Assembly: GCA_044341565.1 (NCBI GenBank)
Contig: JBIIRM010000008.1
Span: 1-47,688 of the forward strand
Direction of reading: 5' to 3'
Source of the DNA: Minisyncoccia bacterium
Lineage (GTDB): Bacteria > Patescibacteriota > Minisyncoccia > SW-4-49-11
Length of the DNA stretch: 47,688 nucleotides
Position 1 is the stretch's first letter. Each line of letters begins with the position of its first letter. Below the pieces are notes generated by a model. The model did no database searches. It saw only the letters and a program-made list of their open reading frames with translations, and was not told the origin of the DNA. The translations under genes were made by a program, and so were the position numbers. Below, piece by piece: positions 17,960 through 26,957 of the stretch.

Positions 17960-18913
17960 TTACAATAACTCTCTATTCACAAAATACACCCCTGCATATC
18001 CATTCGCAAAGCTATCAGCAGTAATAGTATTTTTCCCCTCTACAGTTAATTCTTTGACCGCAATATTACCTATTTTTGTCCCAATAATCAGATTGTGACT
18101 GACAGAATCTAATTGCCAATATCCTGGCTTAAGTTTAATATCAGATATATGCTCAAGATCTAATCTATCCAATACTACTTTTTTGTCCGTATTGAGATAG
18201 GTATATACTTGTGGCCAAATAGTATAAGCTCTATAGGCATTATTAATGTCCTCGGCTGATTGACTCTCCCAATCAATAAGCCCATCCATTTTTTGAACCA
18301 TTTTCACAAAACTAGCTTTAGCATCATCTTGAACCCAGGGAGTAATTTCTCCATTCATAAAAGGAATAAGATTTTGTCTCAATATATCAGCCGCAACAGT
18401 GATAATTTTTGCCTCAAGTTCAATATAGGTATCGGTAGGAGATATAGTGATTTCCTCTTGAGCAATAATAGGTCCATGATCCATCAAATGATCAATTTCC
18501 ATCAAACTAACAGCAGTACTCTTGTCTCCATTACGGAGGCTCGCCTGTATAGGAGATGGCCCACGATACTGAGGTAGTCTTGAAGGATGAATATTCAACA
18601 CTCGATGAGGCATAATATCTAATATAGCTTGCGGAATAATTTTACCATAGGCAATAATTAGCCAAATATCAGCAGATAATCCTCGCAATAATTCACTAGT
18701 CTCAGGAGCTTTGAGAGAATGAGGACTATACACGGGAATAGAATGACTTTCCCCAAATACTTTGAGAGGACTAGGAGTTAATATTCTTTTACGCCCCTGC
18801 GGAGTATCAGGAGTAGTAATAATAGCCACAATATCAGCCCAATCGAGTAGAGACTCAGCAATAGCAACCGTAAGCTGAGGAGTACCCCAAACTACAATAC
18901 GGGGTTTAGACAT
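17960..18913 (-). CDS. fmt: methionyl-tRNA formyltransferase
   Basis: PRIVVWGTPQLTV...TTPDTPQGRKR...LNIHPSRLPQYRGPSPIQASLRNGDKSTAVSLMEI...MDHGPIIAQ. The start is probably ATG 18913 (MSKPRIV), which overlaps the def stop by 8 nt. The alternative start is 18925. Confidence 0.93.
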   Translation of the reverse strand: MSKPRIVVWGTPQLTVAIAESLLDWADIVAIITTPDTPQGRKRILTPSPLKVFGESHSIPVYSPHSLKAPETSELLRGLSADIWLIIAYGKIIPQAILDIMPHRVLNIHPSRLPQYRGPSPIQASLRNGDKSTAVSLMEIDHLMDHGPIIAQEEITISPTDTYIELEAKIITVAADILRQNLIPFMNGEITPWVQDDAKASFVKMVQKMDGLIDWESQSAEDINNAYRAYTIWPQVYTYLNTDKKVVLDRLDLEHISDIKLKPGYWQLDSVSHNLIIGTKIGNIAVKELTVEGKNTITADSFANGYAGVYFVNRELL

Positions 18914-19424
18914 ACATTTTCCCACTTTGTTTTAGCTTTACAGGAAGAGCCTTATCTGCGAATAATACGCCATCAAGATGATCAATTTCATGTTGCAGAA
19001 TTCGAGCAAAAATTCCAAAAGCCTTACCAGCAATTTTCTCACCTTTTAGATTAAGCCCCGTAAATTCAATACTCGTAGGACGAATCACATCAGCAAAATA
19101 TTCAGGTAAAGACAAACACCCCTCTTCCATAGTAGCAGTATCCTTACTTAAAGCGGTTAATTCAGGATTAATAATTACATAATGTTGATCCAGAGCACAA
19201 TCCTCAAATCCTGACTCTTCAAAATGATCTCCTGGGACATTAATCAAAATCAATCGCACATTATGTCCGACTTGTGGAGCAGCAAGCCCCATACCATGAT
19301 GAGGTCTAATACTAGATTTCATATCTCGAGCTAATTTATGAATATCTCGAGTAATAGAATCAATAGGTTCAGATTTGGTACGGAGAATAGGATTTTTAAG
19401 CCCTGTTTCAATATCAAGAATCAT
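18906..19424 (-). CDS. def: peptide deformylase
   Basis: The three PDF motifs are present: GLAAPQVG, EGCLSLP and HEIDHLDG. Confidence 0.96.
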   Translation of the reverse strand: MILDIETGLKNPILRTKSEPIDSITRDIHKLARDMKSSIRPHHGMGLAAPQVGHNVRLILINVPGDHFEESGFEDCALDQHYVIINPELTALSKDTATMEEGCLSLPEYFADVIRPTSIEFTGLNLKGEKIAGKAFGIFARILQHEIDHLDGVLFADKALPVKLKQSGKMYV

Positions 19425-19483
19425 ATAATGCTATAACAATTTGTTACTATATTATAGCATAAATGAGGCAAAAAAGCAAGATG

Positions 19484-21421
19484 CTATACCAAATTCGGGG
19501 GATTGATTTCAATTTCCTGCCCATATTCTAATATGGGTACTAATTTGCGTTTGATAGAGGTGGCTTGTTTGGGTGAGGTTTGTATAGTGAGGGTAAAGCG
19601 ATACAGACCCTTGCCTCGAGCAATATATTTTTCTAAAGGTCCAAGAGCTCGTATATGTATACTAGACAAAGCCTCTTTGATGCGGAGAGCCTGTGCGAGA
19701 GATTTGGATCTGATATGATGTTGTGAATGTATGGCGATAATCTCATATTGCGGGGGATAATGATAGAGATTGCGATTCTCATATTCTTGTTCCCATAACT
19801 CGGCAATGGGGTGATTGAGTATGGTATGAATATGTGAGGGGCTTTCCTCATCACGATTCCAAGCGGTAAATGTCTGTATTAGAGTTTTATCACTATGCAT
19901 TATGAGCTCGGATAAAACCTGTATTGACTTTTCTCGAATAGTATAATCAGGGAAATTGACCAGGGATTCAGCTGAGGGAATAATGGTGAGAGTTTTCGGT
20001 ATTATATCTAGAAATTTATGTATCATACGCGTGGTGAGGAGAATTGCGGGTTTCACCTGATTAAAATTATCTATAATACTTTGCTGATGTTCCAAGTTAC
20101 TGGCGGTATCACTAGAAAGTACAAAATGGGGGGTGTTGGGGAATAAGGATTTACTAAAATCTTCAATTTTCTCAATTCCAATTCCTCCTTGATGTAAATT
20201 GAGGGATTTGCATTGTGGGCAAATATGTATCATCTTAAACCATTTATGTGAGCTATGGGATAATAATACTTGATTCTCGGTATAATTGGGTATGGCTTTT
20301 GGTAAAGTGTCTACACGATGTACTGTGAGTAAAGTTCCTGTTTTGGGGTCTCTGAGGTGATATCCACAATCTCGGCAAGATACATACAGGGATTCTCCTC
20401 GGCGATTGACATATATAATGGCGGATTGATTATTTTGTAGAGACTTCTGTATAGCTTTTTGGGCTGGTATTGATAATAAATCTCTATTTCCCTTATAGAA
20501 TTCGGTTTGCATTTCAATCAAATTGATTTTGGATTTAGGGATATGGGGATATAACTCAGTAGGGAGGCTAAGATTATGAGACTCTAGGATTGCAAGTGTA
20601 CTAATGCTCGGAATAGTAGAAGCAAGAGTAATATTGGCTTGATATAATTTAGCAACTTCTAAGGCGATACTGGTTGTATGATAATGAGGTTTGGTATCAA
20701 AAGAATAATAGGCTTCAGATGACTCATCTTCTATAATAATATGAGTTAAATGCTGAAAGGGTAAGAATATACTACTTCTGGTACCAATAATAATCTTAGC
20801 TTCTCCTGATTTAACTTGAGACCAAGCGGCTCTATGGGCGGTAATGCCAAGTTGTGAGCTGATGAGTAGGGGATTGAAGTCCGCAAATTCAAGAGCAAAA
20901 CTCTCGAGGCTAATAGTATCGGGTACTAATATCAGTATTTGGCCTATAGTTGATTTGAGAATAGTATGATAGTGTTTGATTCTTTTGGAGAGGGTCCCGA
21001 GGAATACTTTTGGGATATAATGAGGCCCTAACTCTATCTCTGGAGAGGCTACATTGAGTATATTTGGATAACGTTTTATTTTGTTTGATAATTTTGGCAG
21101 GAATAATTTAATAATATTGCCAAGAGCATGGGCATAATAATTACTCATCCATTGGGCTAAGTTTAATTGTTGGCTTGTTAATAGGCTATTATCAGAAAAT
21201 CGCTTACGAATTGGCTTGGGACTAAAGCTTGCAAATTTCTTTAAATCTTGTTTAGCATTTGTCAGCTCTTGACAAAAGTAAACTATTGCGGTAATATCTG
21301 TGTTACGAACTTCCACAACAATCAATGTTCCGGGGAGAATATTCTCGGAAGCATAATAGGTCAAAGTTTGGCTTATTTGACCAGGAAGTTTGATAAGAGG
21401 GACAACTTGCAAAATATACAT
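19484..21421 (-). CDS. priA: primosomal protein N' (PriA)-like protein with degenerate helicase ATPase motifs
   Basis: PriA-type N-terminus (VVPLIKLPGQ..LTYYAS..ILPGTLIVVEVRN), IIIGTRSSIFLPF, and a Cys4 insertion CRDCGY...CPQC. The Walker A position reads LGTLSKRIKHY (20972-20998) instead of GxTGSGKT. The DEEH position reads EDES (20720-20731). Confidence 0.8.
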   Translation of the reverse strand: MYILQVVPLIKLPGQISQTLTYYASENILPGTLIVVEVRNTDITAIVYFCQELTNAKQDLKKFASFSPKPIRKRFSDNSLLTSQQLNLAQWMSNYYAHALGNIIKLFLPKLSNKIKRYPNILNVASPEIELGPHYIPKVFLGTLSKRIKHYHTILKSTIGQILILVPDTISLESFALEFADFNPLLISSQLGITAHRAAWSQVKSGEAKIIIGTRSSIFLPFQHLTHIIIEDESSEAYYSFDTKPHYHTTSIALEVAKLYQANITLASTIPSISTLAILESHNLSLPTELYPHIPKSKINLIEMQTEFYKGNRDLLSIPAQKAIQKSLQNNQSAIIYVNRRGESLYVSCRDCGYHLRDPKTGTLLTVHRVDTLPKAIPNYTENQVLLSHSSHKWFKMIHICPQCKSLNLHQGGIGIEKIEDFSKSLFPNTPHFVLSSDTASNLEHQQSIIDNFNQVKPAILLTTRMIHKFLDIIPKTLTIIPSAESLVNFPDYTIREKSIQVLSELIMHSDKTLIQTFTAWNRDEESPSHIHTILNHPIAELWEQEYENRNLYHYPPQYEIIAIHSQHHIRSKSLAQALRIKEALSSIHIRALGPLEKYIARGKGLYRFTLTIQTSPKQATSIKRKLVPILEYGQEIEINPPNLV

Positions 21422-21550
21422 ACATATAGTATACTCTATTAACAGTAAAAGTGAATATACAATTTATACATTCACACAAAAGAACAGAATTAATCTCTAA
21501 CAGATATAATGCCTGTCATTTACTGTTATCTAATTAATCATTTATATATT

Positions 21551-22006
21551 ATGAAGAAGTATCATATGACCCAATCAGGGCTAGAAAAGGCACAAGTAGA
21601 ACTTGAGGCTCTTTTGGTACGACGCAAGGAAATTGTTGAAAAAATTAAATTTGCTAAGGAACAAGGGGATTTGAAAGAGAATTCAGAGTATCATGAAGCT
21701 AAAAATGATATGGCTTTTAATGAATCTAAGATTCTAGAGTTAGAAGATTTGATTCGAAATGCAGAAATTATTGAGGCTCCAAAGCAATCTCAATTTGTAT
21801 CAATAGGGTCTCGTATCAAAGTAAAAGGGAAAAGAGGAGAAAGAGAATTCCTTATTGTAGGAGCTTCTGAAGCTAATCCAGCTGAGAGTAAAATTTCAGA
21901 TGAATCTCCACTTGGATCTGCTTTTATACATCGCAGTGTTGGAGAAGAAGTAGAAGTAGCAACTCCTGCTGGAAATCAACAATATACTATTATTGAAATC
22001 GCATAA
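21551..22006 (+). CDS. greA: transcription elongation factor GreA
   Basis: MKKYHMTQSGLEKAQVELEAL...KEIVEKIKFAKEQGDLKENSEYHEAKNDMAFNESKILELE is the GreA coiled coil. The C-terminal ISDESPLGSAFIHRSVGEEVEV is the GreA/B C-terminal domain. The start is trimmed from 21509. Confidence 0.9.
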   Translation: MKKYHMTQSGLEKAQVELEALLVRRKEIVEKIKFAKEQGDLKENSEYHEAKNDMAFNESKILELEDLIRNAEIIEAPKQSQFVSIGSRIKVKGKRGEREFLIVGASEANPAESKISDESPLGSAFIHRSVGEEVEVATPAGNQQYTIIEIA

Positions 22007-22060
22007 TTTAGTCCTGATTCGTTTGCACAAATAGATAGTATTTGGTATTATAACAATAAT

Positions 22061-23542
22061 ATGAGTAAATCATTTTTTGTTACCACACCAATTTATTATC
22101 TGAATGGGGAACCTCATCTCGGGCATTATTATGCAACCACTATTGCTGATGTATTAGCACGCTATAATCGTAAATTTGGAGAGGGGGCTTTTTTCTTAAC
22201 TGGAACCGATGAACATGGACAAAAAGTAGCCGAAGCAGCAAACAAAGATAATATAACTCCCCAAGAATATACCGATAAATTATCTGCTATTTGGGAAGGA
22301 GTTTGGAAAGATTTGGATATTAGCTATGATTATTTTATTCGCACCACTAATCCTACTCATAAGGCTTTATGTCAATTTGTTATTCAAACATTATTAGAAA
22401 CTGATGATATATACCCACAAGAATATGAGGCATTATATTGTGTAGGAGCTGAGTCTTTTGTCACTCAATCTGAATTGAGAGTGGGGGGATTATGTCCTGA
22501 TCATGATGAGAAGCCACAAATTGTATTAGAAAAGAATTACTTTTTCCGATTAAATAAGTATAAGGATAGAGTTTTACAGCTTATAGATGATGGTAAGATT
22601 AATATTGTACCAGAATCTCGACGCAATGAGGCAATTGAGCTATTGAAAAATCCAGAAGTGGGAGATTTTTCGGTAACCCGAGAAAAAGTAAGCTGGGGTA
22701 TACCAGTGCCATTTGATACTAGTCAAACATTATATGTTTGGATTGATGCTTTATTTAATTATATGTCTGGAATATTGGCGAGTCAAAATATAGATATTAA
22801 GGATTTATCTATAGGAGAGATTTTAGCTAAAATTGGAGATATTTGGCCACCAGATTTGCATATTATTGGTAAGGATATTTTGAAATTCCATGCAGTATAT
22901 TGGCCAGCCTTCCTTTTGGCCTTCGGAATACCAGAAGAGAATTTACCGAAGACAATTCTCATCACAGGATTTTTCCTCTCTGATGGGCGTAAAATGAGTA
23001 AAAGTATTGGAAATGTAATAGTTCCTCAAGATATTATTACATATTTTGATGAGATAACGGATGGACTTGGGAATGATATTTTGAGATATGTGATCCTGAG
23101 AGAAATGCGAATTGGGAATGATGGAGATATTACCAAGGAGAAAATTATTGGAATTTATCAATCGGAACTTGTCAATAAATTTGGCAATACTTTTAGTCGT
23201 GTAATTGGAATGGCAAAGAAATATGACGTGCAAGTACAGCCTGAATCAAGTGCAGTCTTTCAAGATTATCATAATGCTTTTCAAAAATATGATATTTATG
23301 GTACAATACATAGTATATTTGAGCAGATCAATATCATTGGTCAAGAAATAGAGTCTCATAAACCCTGGGAATTATATAAAGAGGGAAAAACTGAGGAATT
23401 ATTTACTCTTATGCAGAATTGGCTAAAGTCTCTTCATCAAATTACAGAGATAATTGAACCAATAATGCCATCAACCGCAAATTTGATGAAGAAGCTACTT
23501 GCAGGAGAGAGTATTCACATATTCCCACGCATAGAAAAGTAA
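22061..23542 (+). CDS. metG: methionyl-tRNA synthetase
   Basis: TTPIYYLNGEPHLGHYYATTIADVLARY (HIGH-type motif HLGH) and GRKMSKSIGN (KMSKS). Confidence 0.95.
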   Translation: MSKSFFVTTPIYYLNGEPHLGHYYATTIADVLARYNRKFGEGAFFLTGTDEHGQKVAEAANKDNITPQEYTDKLSAIWEGVWKDLDISYDYFIRTTNPTHKALCQFVIQTLLETDDIYPQEYEALYCVGAESFVTQSELRVGGLCPDHDEKPQIVLEKNYFFRLNKYKDRVLQLIDDGKINIVPESRRNEAIELLKNPEVGDFSVTREKVSWGIPVPFDTSQTLYVWIDALFNYMSGILASQNIDIKDLSIGEILAKIGDIWPPDLHIIGKDILKFHAVYWPAFLLAFGIPEENLPKTILITGFFLSDGRKMSKSIGNVIVPQDIITYFDEITDGLGNDILRYVILREMRIGNDGDITKEKIIGIYQSELVNKFGNTFSRVIGMAKKYDVQVQPESSAVFQDYHNAFQKYDIYGTIHSIFEQINIIGQEIESHKPWELYKEGKTEELFTLMQNWLKSLHQITEIIEPIMPSTANLMKKLLAGESIHIFPRIEK

Positions 23543-23547
23543 AAAGT

Positions 23548-24528
23548 ATGAATTGGTTTCGAAGACAAACAGTAATATTCAAAATAGGGATAATCATTAT
23601 CTTGATTTTGGGATGTATTGTATTACTGAGAGGAGGTAATATTAAAAAAATAGAAGTTGCTCAGACAGGGACATATACTTATACGGGTGCTACTAATTAT
23701 ACTAATACATGTACAGGTGGTTTTGTGTGTACCAATATTGCTTATAATGATATTAATAATAAACCAGTTAATGTGGTTGTTTTTTCGGATAAACTAACTA
23801 CTCCTTCCCCAGTAGATTTAGTTGATGTTTTAGTGGTATATCATGGAACAGTGGATACCAATGATAAAATTGAAGGGGCTGCAAAACAAACTTTGGCACA
23901 GTTTAAAAATATATTAAGTTCCCAAAATAAAGATATGCTTATAATAAGTGTTGCTTACCCTGAAGGGGATTTATTAATGGGGGATAATGTTACAGCTTCA
24001 TTAGCTGCATTAGATTGGGCTTTGGATAAAACTGGAGTTAATGGTGCTAGTAAAACATTAGGGGTGAATATTAATAAGGTATTTATTGCTGGACACTCGC
24101 AAGGTGGATATACTGTGGTTCGTTTGAATAGTCTTAGAGAAACAGCAGGAGTAATTGCAAATGCACCCGGACCTATTGATTTAGTATATCGATGTGGTCT
24201 TGATGAGGCTACTAAAAATGGGAAGTCTAGTAAGACTTGTGTCAATTTATATAATGAGTATGGTTCGGTATCTACTAATCCCAATCCATACAAAGATAGA
24301 TCTCTCTCTGGTTTTACTAATAATTTTAAATCTGATATATTATTGAATCAAGGAATGCAAGATGATGAAATTCAGATTTATCTTTGGCCAGGATTCAAAC
24401 AACAGGTGAAAGATTGCACAACCTGTAAAGAGACAAAATTTGTAGAAGTGCAGGGAAAACACGCATCATTATTCGTCAATCCTATTTCAATACAAGAGTT
24501 TAATACATTTATATCTACTCGTAGATAA
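23548..24528 (+). CDS. membrane-anchored/secreted alpha/beta hydrolase (esterase-like)
   Basis: N-terminal TM segment IFKIGIIIILILGCIVLL, nucleophile elbow GHSQGG, and candidate Asp (QGMQDDE) and His (QGKHASLF) completing a Ser-Asp-His triad. Confidence 0.7.
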   Translation: MNWFRRQTVIFKIGIIIILILGCIVLLRGGNIKKIEVAQTGTYTYTGATNYTNTCTGGFVCTNIAYNDINNKPVNVVVFSDKLTTPSPVDLVDVLVVYHGTVDTNDKIEGAAKQTLAQFKNILSSQNKDMLIISVAYPEGDLLMGDNVTASLAALDWALDKTGVNGASKTLGVNINKVFIAGHSQGGYTVVRLNSLRETAGVIANAPGPIDLVYRCGLDEATKNGKSSKTCVNLYNEYGSVSTNPNPYKDRSLSGFTNNFKSDILLNQGMQDDEIQIYLWPGFKQQVKDCTTCKETKFVEVQGKHASLFVNPISIQEFNTFISTRR

Positions 24529-24540
24529 TTACTATCTTGA

Positions 24541-24577
24541 TTTTAGTATATATTACTCTCAGTAATATATACTAAAA
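24541..24577. terminator. A+T hairpin just downstream of the hydrolase gene
   Basis: TTTTAGTATATATTACT-ctc-AGTAATATATACTAAAA is a 17-bp perfect inverted repeat starting 13 nt after the stop at 24528. No separate U-tract follows. Confidence 0.4.
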
Positions 24578-24826
24578 GAACAGAAGCTCCTTTTGTTCCA
24601 TATAATGGGGGTACATGAGAGGGATTCTCAATAGAAGAACCTATTAATTATTGGGTAAAAAGGAATCGAACGACTCAAATACCAATAATTACTAATTTCC
24701 CTGATATTAATAAAAAAGATAAAAGTATATATATAGATGGTGTGTGAGGTATGGAATTTCTTAAAAAATAAATCGAAGTAAAAGGCTTCTCATCTCATAC
24801 AACTTCTAGCAAAATTATAGAATATA

Positions 24827-24835
24827 TGGTATAAT
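24827..24835 (+). promoter_or_regulatory. candidate extended -10 promoter element upstream of gatB
   Basis: TGgTATAAT (TG 24827-24828, TATAAT 24830-24835) lies 33 nt upstream of the gatB ATG. There is no clear -35. Confidence 0.3.
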
Positions 24836-24867
24836 GAGGTATAAAATAATACCTATACAGTGTTTAT

Positions 24868-26355
24868 ATGAGAGAATACGAAGCAGTGATCGGGATGGAA
24901 GTACATGTCGAGTCCAAAACAAATTCTAAAATGTTCTGCTCCTGTATAAATGGGAGAGGATTAGAAGATAAGCCTAATATCAATATTTGTCCTATTTGTA
25001 CTGGGCATCCTGGGACACTACCAGTTCCTAATCGTGAGGCTTTGGTTAAAATAACTCGATTTGGGCAAGCTTTAAATTGTCAAATTTCTGATTATACTTG
25101 GTTTGAACGTAAAAGTTATTTTTATCCCGATTTGCCAAAGGGTTATCAGATTACCCAATATGAAAGACCTATTTGTTATGAGGGTGATATTGAAATATTA
25201 ACCTCAAAAGGTCCAAAGCATATTCGTATTACCCGAATTCATATGGAAGAGGATACGGGTAAATTATCTCATATTAATGGGAAAACCGTTGTGGATTATA
25301 ATAGAGCGGGACTTCCTTTGATGGAACTTGTGACTGAGCCTGATATTCGAAATGCCGAGGAGGCAAAAATATTCTGTGAAGAATTGCAATTAATATTGCG
25401 TTATCTTGATATCTCAGATGGAGATATGGATAAAGGACAAATGCGCTGTGAGGTCAATATTTCTCTTCGAGAAAAGGGGACTGAAGCTTTTGGAACTAAG
25501 GTGGAAATTAAAAATTTAAATTCATTTCGTGTAGTAGAGCAAGCTATTGAATATGAAATTATCCGTCAAACTGAGGTTATATCACAGGGTGGAGAAATAG
25601 TGCAGGAAACCAGAGGTTGGGATGATGCTAAATCTATTACCTTTAGTCAGCGTAAAAAAGAAAATGCACATGATTATCGATACTTTGTAGAGCCTGATAT
25701 TCCTCCTTTTGAGACGGCAGATATTGTGACTGATGCAGCCTCTATTACTGCTGAACTTCCTATTGCAAAGAGAAAGCGATTCATGGATGAATATCAATTA
25801 GCTATACAGCAGGTTGAGATTTTAGTCCGTAATAAGGCTCTAGCTGATTATTTTGAACAGACAATATCTGAATTAAAAGCTTGGACAGAAGCTGAGACTA
25901 AAGAATTTACTGCTGAAGAGACTGCTAAATTAATCAAATTATCTGCTAATTATCTTCTGACTGAGCTAATTAAGCATTATTCTGAGAAAGGTTTGACATT
26001 TGATAATTCTCCTATTAGTCCTGAGAATTATGCTGAATTTATCAAAATTGTATTTAGTGGAGAGGTATCATCTACAGGAGCACAGACATTATTATTCCAA
26101 ATGATTGAGACGGGTTCAGACCCTAGTGATATTGTGGAATCTCAAGGATTAAAGCAAGTAAATGATACGAATGCTCTGCAGGGAATTGTAGATCAAGTCA
26201 TTACCGAAAACCCCAAAGTAGTGCTAGACTATCAGAATGGGAATGAAAATGTGTTACAATTCTTAATAGGGCAGGTAATGCGCTATTCTAAGGGTAGTGC
26301 TAATCCACAAATTGCAAGACAAATTCTTCACGATACTATTACTCAGAATAAATAA
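24868..26355 (+). CDS. gatB: aspartyl/glutamyl-tRNA(Asn/Gln) amidotransferase subunit B
   Basis: YEAVIGMEVHVESKTNSKMFCSC...CPICTGHPGTLPV...YFYPDLPKGYQITQ...RIHMEEDTGK is the canonical GatB N-terminus, and a C-terminal YqeY-like tail is present. Confidence 0.95.
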   Translation: MREYEAVIGMEVHVESKTNSKMFCSCINGRGLEDKPNINICPICTGHPGTLPVPNREALVKITRFGQALNCQISDYTWFERKSYFYPDLPKGYQITQYERPICYEGDIEILTSKGPKHIRITRIHMEEDTGKLSHINGKTVVDYNRAGLPLMELVTEPDIRNAEEAKIFCEELQLILRYLDISDGDMDKGQMRCEVNISLREKGTEAFGTKVEIKNLNSFRVVEQAIEYEIIRQTEVISQGGEIVQETRGWDDAKSITFSQRKKENAHDYRYFVEPDIPPFETADIVTDAASITAELPIAKRKRFMDEYQLAIQQVEILVRNKALADYFEQTISELKAWTEAETKEFTAEETAKLIKLSANYLLTELIKHYSEKGLTFDNSPISPENYAEFIKIVFSGEVSSTGAQTLLFQMIETGSDPSDIVESQGLKQVNDTNALQGIVDQVITENPKVVLDYQNGNENVLQFLIGQVMRYSKGSANPQIARQILHDTITQNK

Positions 26356-26361
26356 TCAGAT

Positions 26362-26952
26362 ATGCAGATTCAATGGCAAAATAATACGACAATTACAATA
26401 AAAGGAAAAGATTATCGGGTGATTATCAATCCTATTGAGGCTGAGGAGGGGAAATTTATTATACCTCAAAAAGAAAATGATTTATTGATTTCTACGAAAG
26501 CTGTGACAATAGCTGATGTGAAGGGATTTCATATTAATGGGGCTGGAGAATATTCTTATCAGGGAGTTACAGTCAGAGCTGCTGCAATTCGGCAAATTGA
26601 AGATGAAGATAAAATTAATCTTATTTCTCTTTCCGTAGAAAATATATTAGTGGCAATAGTATTTGGTATCAAAAAAGAATTAACTTCAGAGGATTTAGAA
26701 TTCATAGGGAGCCCAGATATTCTTGTATTATCATTGAGTGAATCATTTGGATCAGAGAAATCTCTCCATCTTATTAATGCTATTGAGCCTCGTATTGTAA
26801 TCCCGGTATATACACAGGATTCACAATTACAGGGATTAGTGAGTGAATATGGGGTAAAACAAGAGCCTCAAGATGATTTTAGTATCAAAAAATCAGAGCT
26901 TCCATTCGATACTGTCGAAATAAAACCTCTTATACAGCAGATTAAATCTTAA
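26362..26952 (+). CDS. hypothetical protein (possibly a degenerate metallo-beta-lactamase-fold protein)
   Basis: A 196-aa ORF tightly packed between gatB and gyrA. The [24 protein letters not shown] opening resembles UPF0173-like MBL-fold proteins, but no HxHxDH motif is present. Confidence 0.55.
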   Translation: MQIQWQNNTTITIKGKDYRVIINPIEAEEGKFIIPQKENDLLISTKAVTIADVKGFHINGAGEYSYQGVTVRAAAIRQIEDEDKINLISLSVENILVAIVFGIKKELTSEDLEFIGSPDILVLSLSESFGSEKSLHLINAIEPRIVIPVYTQDSQLQGLVSEYGVKQEPQDDFSIKKSELPFDTVEIKPLIQQIKS

Positions 26953-26957
26953 AGACT

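Noticed and set aside
24640-24720. Possible minus-strand tRNA suggested by GGAATCGAAC (T-loop-like when reverse-complemented)
   Set aside because: I could not build a T-stem, acceptor stem or anticodon arm around it, so the match is limited to the T-loop-like hexamer.
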